A stretch of DNA of 64,000 nucleotides from Glaucostegus cemiculus (taxonomy: Eukaryota), in NCBI GenBank assembly GCA_976551045.1, contig CDPCPM010000050.1, forward strand, positions 9,548,001 through 9,612,000. The letters are read 5' to 3'. Positions 42,746-53,700 of this stretch are shown one piece after another. Each line of letters begins with the position of its first letter. Position 1 is the first letter of the stretch. Position numbers and translations under genes: made by a program. The notes below the pieces were generated by a model. That model did not search any database. It saw only the letters and a list, made by a program, of their open reading frames with translations, and was not told the origin of the DNA.

Positions 42746-42749
42746 AGAA

Positions 42750-43027
42750 GTGTGGTAGTGGTGTCTAGTTGAGGTTATTGGAAACCAGAAAAGATCCATT
42801 GAATTTGAAAGCTGGTGTGGTAATGGATATTGGTTGCTGATGGAGACAAAACTAGGAAAGGATGAGTCTGAGGTGGGTGTTTTGAAAGTGAGAGCAGGGT
42901 AGAAATTGGCATCAAAGTGATGAAATCTTTTGTTTAGTATGAGTGCAAGGAAAGCGCTGATTATCTCTGTGTACTGGAAAAATTCCTCGGTTATTGTCCT
43001 ATCAGCTCCCATGATTAGGCCATCCAC
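42750..43027 (-). mobile_element. Penelope-like RT fragment (YIDD region), inverted
   Basis: Minus-strand FFQYTE...HFDANFYPALTF..SDSSFP (cf. FLRYIDD...NFASNFHPALTF..SDSSLPFLD). Confidence 0.75.
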
Positions 43028-43290
43028 AAGTTCTTTTGTGATGTCTTCTGTTTTCCTTAATAGTGACTCCCCCTCTACCAGGGTTGATAGAGCCCTAATT
43101 GCATTTTGCCTGCTTCTTGCCCCTCCTTCTGCCCAGAGTGCAGAGAGTGTTCATCCTTGCCTTCCACCCCACTAGCCTCTATTTTCGATTGATCACTGCA
43201 ATTTCTGTCACCTTCACTGAGATCGCACATTTTTACCTTCCCTTTCAACATTCAGAACAGAACATTCCCTTCAACTCCCTGGTCCTCCAG
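43028..43290 (+). mobile_element. Penelope-like RT-to-endonuclease linker fragment
   Basis: MSSVFLNSDSPSTRVDRAL and ILAFHPTSL (cf. MSSFFLNRGFPSTVVDRAL...LVLTFHPTSL). Confidence 0.8.
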
Positions 43291-45369
43291 AAGATTGTAG
43301 TTGCTCCAAATTCTTATTTTAGTTCTGAGTTCTGGGTTCCAGCAGTAATTCTGACCTGCATTTCACAGCTTCAGTCTGTGTCTCAGCCTCTCATATGAAT
43401 GCTTCAGGTTTTCACTTGGTATGTGCAGAGCTGAACGTGTTTCCATTGGTGTTATTTTTATTTTGCATTTTCAATAAAAGTACCTTTATAGTCTGCTTGT
43501 AAAAGTTATTACTGCAACAATGATAAACATATTCTTAATGTGATGGTTGAATGGGGACTTTATACATAACCCTGTCTAAATGGAAGCTGGGTATTTGCAC
43601 TGAGGCAGTTGAAAAACTTTTTGCACAGTACTTTGAGTCTGAAGAAATATTTGTAAACTCAGTTCTCATGGCACATGCTTAGCTTGGCATGCACTGTATT
43701 TGTTAATGATCTAACCATAAAGGTTAGATCATTAGTTAGCATACAGTGTAAAATGCACTTCCACAGTATACAGTAGTTGCTTCTTAACTGTGAATTAATG
43801 AGCCAAGAGGTAGCAATATAAGAGCTATTTTGTGAGTGTTTCTTAATTGTTAAACTGTATAACAGTTATACCTAGTAATATGGGTGCTGCCCAGTTTTCT
43901 CCTGAGCATTCCATATTAACAAGATTAGTAAAGGATTATTAAAGATCTAAAAGTAGTGAGCACAGCCTGGGCTGAAGCTATAAAATTTCATTGGTTATAA
44001 TGAATTATAATAGAACAAGTCATTGACATTGCATCATCTATAAATCTCCTTATACTGATGGAATAACTACTAATTTTTAAATTAAGGTATTTAAAAACTT
44101 TGAAAAATTTGTGCAATTTGCTGTATTGTTTCAAATAATGTTTCAGTATTTCATATGTTGCAAATATTTTGCATTTGCTCCAGGATCATAAGGTAGCACC
44201 TTGCACTGAAAACCACTTGCAATTGATAGTTGCAGATGTCATGGCGAAACTGAAAAGCTAATTTATCAGTTTTTGGTCATTACCAGGACACTTAAATTGA
44301 GGCAAGTTCCTCTCTCCCATGGATTATTAGAAGAAAACATAGTGTAAATTTGAATTTGTCAGTTGTGAGAAGTCTTCATCTGTATTTATTGAGTAGTTTG
44401 TGAAAGTGAAACGGTAAAATATGTTAGCATTGTAGGGCCAGGTTATATGCGACCTCGCCTATTGCATACCGTCTCTCAATCCATACTTTCTGGATACAGA
44501 CGGCTGAACAAACTGGCTACTCTGCACCAATGCCTGTACGGTTCCCAAATGACTGACAACAATAAAAGGACCTTGAATGGCTTTTAAATCTGTTAATTAC
44601 ATTTTATAAACAATTTTGAAAAAAATTGTAAAAACCATTTTTATGAAGAAATTTATTTAAAACAAGTAAAATGCTTATCTAACCTTTTTGCTCCTACGGA
44701 GTACAACGTCAGTGACCATGATTCATGTTCCATTATGATTCAGCATATCCACATGAAGCTTTACAGCTCCAATCCATATTGTTATGACTACCACTTCTAG
44801 CTGTTTGGATGTCCTTGACTAATCTTGCCCATGTGGAATACTTAAGAAATGGATAATGTTGCCATTCCTTTTGCATGTCTTTCCTGGCACAATGCTGAGC
44901 GATGGATGTGAGTTTCCTCATCAGGGAATCATTGCTTTGCTTTGGGGTCTAACCATGGGATGCCTCACTTCAGTGTGCAACTGCAGAAGTCTGAGGCCTC
45001 TCTAGACCAAAAGCAATTTTGAAGCAATTACTAAGCACCATTTGGCCCATCATTTTGAGCGGTGGATGTTTCTCAGCTTGAGGAGGAATTTAGGCTTGGG
45101 TTAGTTACTGTGCAATATTTATACAAATATTGGCTTCTTTTCAGTTTTTATTTTTAATATTTTGATATCAGGATGAACATATGAAGTTTAACTTTTTATT
45201 CTTGTTTACTTAGGTGAACCCCTCTTGCACAAATCCAGGTTATTTGAAATTCATTGGGGTGGAGAAAAGTTGAAGAAATAAGCTATTGCAGTATTGAAAT
45301 TGGATCAAACTGCTATTTTTTTTATGTCCATCAGTTGCTTTTTGTTTTGTTCAGATTGACAAAATCTTA

Positions 45370-45655
45370 AATAGAGGAGGCACCCGTATGGCCCATAGTG
45401 TTTGTTCTTGGCATTTTGTTCATCTTGAAGAACCCCAGTACTGCTTGCTAAAAATGTTCTTTCAGCACTGGGTTGTAGCCCTACAGATCACAAACTCAAG
45501 TGCATTTTCAAGAAACTTTTAAATGTTGTGAGGGTTTTCTTCTCTCATATCCTTATGTGTAATGAGTTCCCGACTGCTCACTACTTTGAGTGAAAACATT
45601 CTTCCGTATCTCCCCTTTAATCCCCTAGCAATGACTTTAAATTACTGGCCCTTGT
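45370..45655 (-). mobile_element. CR1-type LINE 3' fragment, decayed
   Basis: CTTTTAAATGTTGTGAGGGTT...GAGTTCCCGACT...GAGTGAAAAC...TCCCCTTTAATCC...ACTTTAAAT antisense CR1 motifs. Confidence 0.6.
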
Positions 45656-48019
45656 GGCAATTATGGTCAGCAACTACTTGAAGCTCAGATTGCTAAAGTC
45701 CAGCACTATGATTAAATCTGAACCTTAAAGGGCTGAATGTTGCAACTCTAGTTTTGTATTTCTATTCCCTACATGAACTATTATGGTGTGTGATTCGGTA
45801 TGAGCTATTGTGCTTCTGTGTCTATGGCTAACAGGTTGGTACTGTTCTGTAGGACATCTGCAGCTGGGTAACTGGGAATTTTCCATCTTGGGTTGCAGTC
45901 TGAGTACAAAGATAGGTTCTATTGATCCTGTGAGTCAGCAGAACTACAGATATATAGTATATATATTAAGAACATGGCCATATTTGTAATTTGATGTACA
46001 CTGTCGAAATGAAATTATACATTGTTTAAAAAATTGTTTGGGCAAGTGATAGAAAAAAAGTTAAGATATGCACAGCGAAGATCTTACTGTCCCTTGTGCC
46101 AAATACTTCTGATGTTCAATGCAAATGCTGATCCAAATTAAACATTAAGCTTTCTTAGCAGTTATTGGAAAATTTAAGCTTTATTTTGAAAAAGGAGTAT
46201 GTCTTTGGCTTTGTAAAATGTAAAGTAGTTCAGTTTAATATTGAAATCAAGATTATAACTTTTTCTTTATGACATTCCTGTGGAAAATCCATTTGGTTTT
46301 CGCTATGCCCACTGCTTGTTTACATTTCTCTTTAACTTGTTTATGGAATGCTGGTGTCACTGATAAGCCCAGCACTTACCTTTTCTAAGGTGATAGTGTG
46401 TAGATGCAAACTGTTTGATATCTTGACAGGTAGGGGATTAGTTGACATTAGTAAACTGGGATGCAGGTTATGCTGCTGCTTTTGTGCACATCCTGGAACA
46501 TCTGTTGTTAATCTGGGTGAAATGGACCTCTTGAACACATCATTAAAAAGAAGCCAAACTTATTTAAATTCAGAGTAATGTTTGTGCCCTCCTTTTTAAG
46601 CTTCATTTATTTAATTTGCCAGCCAGGAGAAATTGAACAACAAATTGGCAGCAATTTTCTTTGTTGTAAATAATTTGAGGCACTCTGCAACAATTTTGAA
46701 TTGCTCTAGCTAATCAACAAAAGGAAAGTAAAACATGCTAACTTCATCTAAATGGTGAAGGCTGGAAATCATGTTTCTGATTTACAGAAACGCCTTGTAA
46801 GCAAGTTGTTGCCACCTGCATGTGGGAAAAAGTTTGCTGATCATAGGTCCAGTAAACTAGTTTTCAAGTATGGCTTGGGGCATGCAGAAGTGAAAAATTA
46901 GTGCAAAAATTGTTGAAAGACCTCGTATTTAATTTGCTGGACCCTGGTGTTACATTCCATTTATTGGCAATTCTTTATAACAGAAGATAATTACTTCCTG
47001 AGGTATATTTTTGGGTCTGAAAGTGATACTGATCTCAGATTTGCAAACTTGTTGCAACTTGGATATGTACTTCAGAATAGGATGGATAGTTTTGGGTTTT
47101 TCTGGCTTTCATGTGATCCTTGGAAAAATTGGGATGGCAAAGTAATGACCTGCCACTAATTCTTCCAAGCTGTGAAAGTGAGGTATTGAAATTGAATTAC
47201 ATATACACAAACAACTAAAAAATAGTAAACTGAATATTTAATGTACTTTTTTCTTTGCTTCCTAATCTACAGTCTTGCAATACCTATTCGAATCAGTAGG
47301 TACTAGATTTAGTGCAAGGTCGATGCTAGTTCAGGCTACTTTAGGTAATTTTTCTCTTTTTCCTGAATCTTTGCACCCCTTGTAACAACATGAGTGAGTC
47401 TCAGCAAGGTGTTGTGGACTCCATGTAGAATTCAGTCGTGGAATTGACATAGAGACGAGGGTTTCAAATCTAACAGTAATTCTTTCTGTGTTTGACATTA
47501 TATGCAATTCCTGGGTGCTCTCTTGTTTAACTAGCGAAATGTCAGTGTCCTGAAACTCAATATATTTTCCTGTTTGCTATGGGCTCTCATGGTTTCATTC
47601 TAATTGTGTTGAAATAATCTAAAGTGTGAAGATATTTTTTTATTGGCAGGGAATGAATTGAAATAAAGCATGTGTGGTGTCTCTCCCTTGTTGCCTAACA
47701 TGAAATGAACTGCTCCAAAATTAACAAATAGGAATTCCTGAAATCTGGGCACTGAAGAATAAAATCAATGGGATTATACTGTCATTATACATCAATGGAT
47801 TTCAGACGTTGCACTTTCCAGTTGTTGGTAAAGTTTACAAAGTGTGATGTACGCTGTTATTGAGGAGCTGCAGATCAACACTGCAAGTACATGCTGTATG
47901 CTGAGTCAATAGGGAAAATTGGATAGATGTACTGACGAAAATTTGTATTAGGACTAAATTCTGTTGTACAGTATTAGCATGGAATGGTAACATGGAGTAT
48001 TGGTGGCCAATATGTTGGC

Positions 48020-48140
48020 TTTGCATTTATATAGTGACCTTGGTATCTCCAAGGTTATCCCAAAGCAGAATATCAACAGGCAATTAAAAATCAGTTATTC
48101 AGGTGAATATAGAAGCCAATTTATGTACATGGTCCTTTGA
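48020..48140 (-). mobile_element. Deu-type SINE tail fragment
   Basis: TTGCATTTATATAGTGACCTT...TCCCAAAGC...AGCCAATTT. Confidence 0.45.
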
Positions 48141-50369
48141 ATTGTAAATACTTAAAAGACCATTAACTATTTGGCAGCTATCAGAAGAGAGGTTAATTAG
48201 ACCAAAAGCAGCTTTTCATTGAAACATTACTTGGACATTTTTCAGCTTGAAGTAGGCCTCATTGGTTTTCCTTTTTATTTTGGAGATGCACTGAAGTGTT
48301 AAACTTGAAGGGAGCTTTCACTGTGCTTGCTCAATGTCACTCCAGAGCATGGCTTTCATTCTTTCAATCTGCATCATGTATAAAATTTTTCTTCAAAATT
48401 ATCATTAGTTTTCTATTTAATTTCTTGCAGCAGCTTTTGTTTTGAGACTTTTGTATGAAAATGCATTTCCTTGACCTGAATGGGGAAAATACACAATAAG
48501 CTGGCATCAGAAGGGATAAAGCGCAAGGTAGTATGAGTGATTATTGGAGGTTATCAGATAAGGTCACATAGGTGAAAAGACTCTATTAGCCTTTCCACAA
48601 CATCATCCCAAAATCATTGAATGTCAATCCTATATTGCCAGTTCCTAGTAATGATATTTTTTAAACAAAGTTATTTTCATCACCTTGTTGGCATTCAAGT
48701 CTGTAATGACAGATAATTGATTTGATTACATTGTAATCAATGAAGAAGCACTGTTCGGGGGTTAAAACCTGTTTTGTTAGAGATGCCCTTCTTTTGATTC
48801 CTGCTCTAGGAAATTCTAAGTTGAAGTGAAAGCTGCTAAATGCACAAATTCATTACTTCCTGTAAATTCTTGAAGAAAATTTTGAGCATTTGTTGAAGTT
48901 GCTGTTATTGCCTGAAAATGCTTACCCAACAGTTCCTTTTGTGTTTTTTTTGCCCTTTGGTACTTTGTATCAGATATTTACAGAATAAGCTCCATGTTTT
49001 CAGAGATGGTGGGCCGCCTTGTTAGAAGTGCCATCCAATCTCCTCTTGTCCATATTTATTTCATCCAAAAATGCAGGGCCTAACTTGGTGTGTCAAAATA
49101 CCCAATGCTACAGTGAAGTGGCATTAGTGACAGCAGTCTCCAAATGGCACTGAAACGTCCTTAAAAGCTTTGACAACCATCAAAGTCTATCTTTGCTAGC
49201 TGTAAAGGTGGTTTTAATCATCTCTACAAATATATCAGATGTTTAGAGATGTAAAAAAAAATTTAAAAATTAGAATTCAGTGATTTCAGTAAAATATGAA
49301 TAAAATATCAATAATGACTAAAAAGCTGATTTAATTTTTCCCTCTACAGCCTCAACAATTCCCTTTTGAAATCAATGAAATCCTTTGAAATCTGAATCTG
49401 CTAGAATGTACAGGATTTCCATGTTTGACAATGCATGTCCTGGATTTGGCTCTATTTAAACAATGGAACTGCCAACAAGTTCTTTCAGAGCTATTAAATC
49501 ATTACACTGCAGAAATGGGGCTTGGGGTGTTGAAAGGAATGAAATTCAAACATTTGAAATTTCTGGTTTCTCCCTCATTATCCTAGTGTGTCATAATCCA
49601 AATTGACAGTTGAATAATTAGGACCAGTTTGTGTTTTCTGTCTTGTCCAACAGAGATGGGTGCCAGTGTAAACTGGAGAAAAGTATTGAAATTCTTGACA
49701 AGTCGCTCTTCTTGATTTGCTGTTATACATCCCACTCTGGTCTTGCTGAACTTCACTTGATGGCATTCTTATTTACCTGTTTATGGCCAGATAATCTCCT
49801 TCATTGGCCTTCCTGCTCCTGCATGGTTATGTTTTTAGTAAATCCTCCACCTGCCCCCACCCCGCTGGGCATATTTCTCATGTCAGGAAAAGAGCACCTA
49901 ATTCCTTATGGATACTGATGAAATCAAGTTCTATTGTTTCATCACCTCTCTTGACTGCTCCCTACTTTGTCATGACACGAGGATATGATGAAAACCAGTT
50001 TAATCATTTGGAGGTTGGGAAGACCAAAAGCCATGTAATTCTCAAACTGTAGAACATCTCGATTTACTTTTCTGGTTACCCTGGGCTAAAATGACCTTAA
50101 CACAGATGCCTAACTTGATAAACTGCCATATCTCATCTCGAGGACCACCTACTTCTGTCTAACAATTTTGTCCTTTCAAGGTAAAGACTCAACTACTCCA
50201 AAACCCTTGGGTTTCCTCCCACCTTCCATTCTCGGTATCTAAAATATCCCTCCTTTTGAACGGGTTCTGTTGAATTATCACCTTTGTCCTTATTGATCTA
50301 CATTGACTTTCAACCTAACAATTGTCAAATCTCAAAATTACAGCCTTGCTTTCACATTTCACCAAATTG

Positions 50370-50780
50370 TAGAAACCTAGGCATAGAAAGTAGCAGGAGT
50401 TGGGCATTTGGACTTTGAACCTGCTGTGCCATTCGATATAATCATGCTGATGGTCCAAAATCAGCATCCTATTCCAGCTTTCCTCGCATATCCCTTGATC
50501 TCTCTGGCCCTAAGAACAATGTCTAACTCTGTCTTGAATAAATTTTATGACGTTGTTTCAACTGATTTCTGTGATAGGAAATCTGACAAATTTAGCAATC
50601 TTTGGGAGAAAAAATTACTCTTCATCTTGGTCTTAAATGGCTTGCCCTTTATTGTTATATTGTGACCTCTGGTCCTGGACTCTCACACCACTAGGAACGT
50701 ACTTTTTGCACGTGTTCTGTGCAGTTCTATTGGAATTACTATTCTAAATTCTAGTGAATATCAGTCAAATCTCTCCATAC
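50370..50780 (-). mobile_element. CR1-type LINE 3' end fragment
   Basis: AGCAGGAGTTGGGCATTTGG...CCTGCTGTGCCATTCGATATAATCATG...TCTTCATCTTGGTCTTAAATGG; same family as 4326-4682. Confidence 0.78.
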
Positions 50781-53700
50781 ACAACTTCCAGAATTGTTCC
50801 TGCACACTTGTCCAATTCTGCAGTCTTTTTGAGCATTGTTTTCTCTTAATTCTGCTCTCTTGTGCAATAGCACTAGCACCCTCTGGAACTCTCCAGTCTT
50901 GTGCCATGCAATTTTACTTTGGAATTTTAAAATGTATAATCTCAAGGTTTTGAGGGGAGTAAAACTAATTGAGAATGTTCATGTATTTTAAGTATCAACC
51001 AGAATGAAGTGTCAAAATTTTCAGTGAAGTATTAATAAAATCTTAAAACATCTAGCTCTTACATTTGACTATGCTTAAAATATTTTGAAATATCCTGTGG
51101 TTTGTGTTTTGAAATTAATACTGCTTGCTAGAAAATCATATCATTCTAATTTATGAACATTTTTAATCTTAATGAGAAATTTTATGCTGCTCAGTTATAA
51201 TAGTGGCACAACATTCTCTTTACCCCACTCTCCCTAAAAATGAACAAAGTCTTTATTTGGTACACTCCTTAAATGAGCACCTTTGGTTCTGTCTTGAAAC
51301 CTTCTCTTAAAGCTAGTTTGTGCAGAACTTACTCAGACAAGTACAGGTTGCTTAATGCAGAAACAAAGCGAGGGAACAGTAGGTATAATTTTTGGTTGAG
51401 ATTTAATTACCCACCCCACCAACTTCTGGCTATCATTAGTCTTTGTTCATTTTTCTCTCTCTCGGGGCATCTCTGATCAAGGCTTGAATAGAGCATGGAT
51501 TGAACCTTGCAAGGAGTCTTTGAATGAAATATTCCTGGAGCATGGGGTCTAATCATGACTATGATAAAGCCTTTGTATGGACTGTTCAAACTCAAGTTTT
51601 AATAAATATAGAACTGTAATAAGTAGTACAACTCAGGGTAAATATTCATCAAAAATTAATTTGCATTAAACCTATTCAGTTTTCACTTGTCATTTCCAGT
51701 TAATAAGCTGGCTAAAAATACTTGTGTTTTGTGTTTGTTTTCTCATTTGTGTTATCAGTCTTTTGTAGAATATGATCTAAGTGTTTGTGTTTGAAATATT
51801 ATTGTTCATTAACCTAGTTAGTGTAATCAACTGTACAAAAATATGTTAAGTAATCATACCATTGCTTGTGTTCTAGCATTTGTGTTGATTAAGTGTTAAC
51901 CTAAAATTTTGAAGCTCATTTTGTGATACCCGATAGTTTTGCGTAAGGCAGTACAGTAAAGTTTCTTGAATAGTTTCTGTTGTAGTAGTAGCAATCATAG
52001 GTTGCTTTCATTGTTTAATCACTGGAATGAAGGTTGCTTTTCTGGCTTGGTAGCTTGAATGGAGGCTGCTTTCATGACTTAAAATAGAAGTAGCAATGGA
52101 TATTTAGCTTAATGATTTTTTCGCAAATTGGCTTTTTAAAAAAAAAAATTACCTTCAAGAGAAGCAGTTTTTGAAACAAGTTTGTATGTGTTTGTGGCTG
52201 CTGCTTGTGTCACAGATTTGTTTGAACATTTAGACTGCATTGCCTGCAGCAGTTTGAGAGAGCTTGCTCCCCATGATGCATTAATTTGCATATTGCTGGT
52301 AATGAGCAAAAGCAACTGTGCATTCATTGTGTTTGCATCTTTCCCTTGCTAAGGGAAAGATTAATGCAATTATAAACTTCAGAGAAACATACTTTTAAAG
52401 AGCATTCCTCTGGAATGAAAAGCTTACTGAACTTAATCTGAGGTGCTGTGCAGGCTGGTTTGGAATTAAAAAAAAATTCCATGTTGATCAAACTTCAAAA
52501 ACTTGAGTGGCTTTACGTTAATTCTAACTTGAAACACATTGTTTGTCATTTGAATATCAGTGCATTCTGTGCCTTGTGTTGGAGCCATTAGTTTATTGGA
52601 GGGTGGCATAAGTTTGCCTTGTGTAGATTTAAGAGAACCCCATTAAATCCAGCGCAATGCTTTCTGAATCTTTCGTTATGAGAGGCATTCAAAACTCTAT
52701 TGGAAAAGTTTTTAAACATAGGTTAAATTCAGCACTTTCTGAGCAGGATGTGTTACTCCAATTAATAACCCATTCCCTGACTCTAAAAGTGAATATTAGC
52801 AGTGCGTAATTGGTCCTTTGTTCAATATTGTAAGATTGTGTGATCCTTGACGCTACTATCACTGATGTTGGTACTGGGAAAGCTCAATTTGGATTTTATT
52901 TGTTAATCTGTACCCAAAAGAAATTAGTGTATTTATTGAGATTTTCATTATCTGTTTGAAACAACTAAATAATACTGCAGTTAGAGAATATTGTAATTTA
53001 TTGTGGGTGATGAAGAATATTGATGAATGACCAGATATATATTTTGTTTTTGTGATAATGGCTTGTGCTGGTGGATGTTCATTTATTTTCAGCATTGCCA
53101 CATTTCCAACCAGTATTTAGCTTCAGGGCAAACTTTAAAAGTGCCTTGTTTTAGAGTAATTGGCTATGGCTTTATGCTTCTGATTCTTCAGCACAGTAAG
53201 CCTTAATTTTCAAACATACTATTGTGTACTTTACAAGCAGAAGCCAAGTGTTTCTGCCCTCTAGTAACAGCATCCAGAAACACCAATTTTCACATGTATA
53301 CTGACATCCAGATCAATCATGCCACTTCCTCTAGCAACCCTGCTTGCCTGATATTCAATCCTGAGAGTAGAAATTTCCACTAATTAAGCTAATGAAGACC
53401 AAAGCTGCTTATTGAAAGCTTGAATGTCCAAAGCATGAATAATTACTCCATTCTCTCAACAATCATTTTATCTCTCTTTGGTCATGGTCAGAGGGTGAAC
53501 TAGATAATTTGGTGACTTGACTTTCAAGTTCGTCCTGAGGCCTTCTGTGCATTTATACACTCCATCATTGAGATTCCCTTTCCATTTCCATAAGGTTACT
53601 CAACCCATTCCTGTCTTAGCTTTGCTGCTGTTGGAAGGAATCCCTCCATAAACTCTAGCTTATCTAAAGTTCTGGTCTATTCACTTGTTCGGATGTTTCC

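Noticed and set aside
48722-48740. 19-bp palindrome TTGATTACA-T-TGTAATCAA
   Set aside because: Short and AT-rich; plausible by chance in 64 kb.
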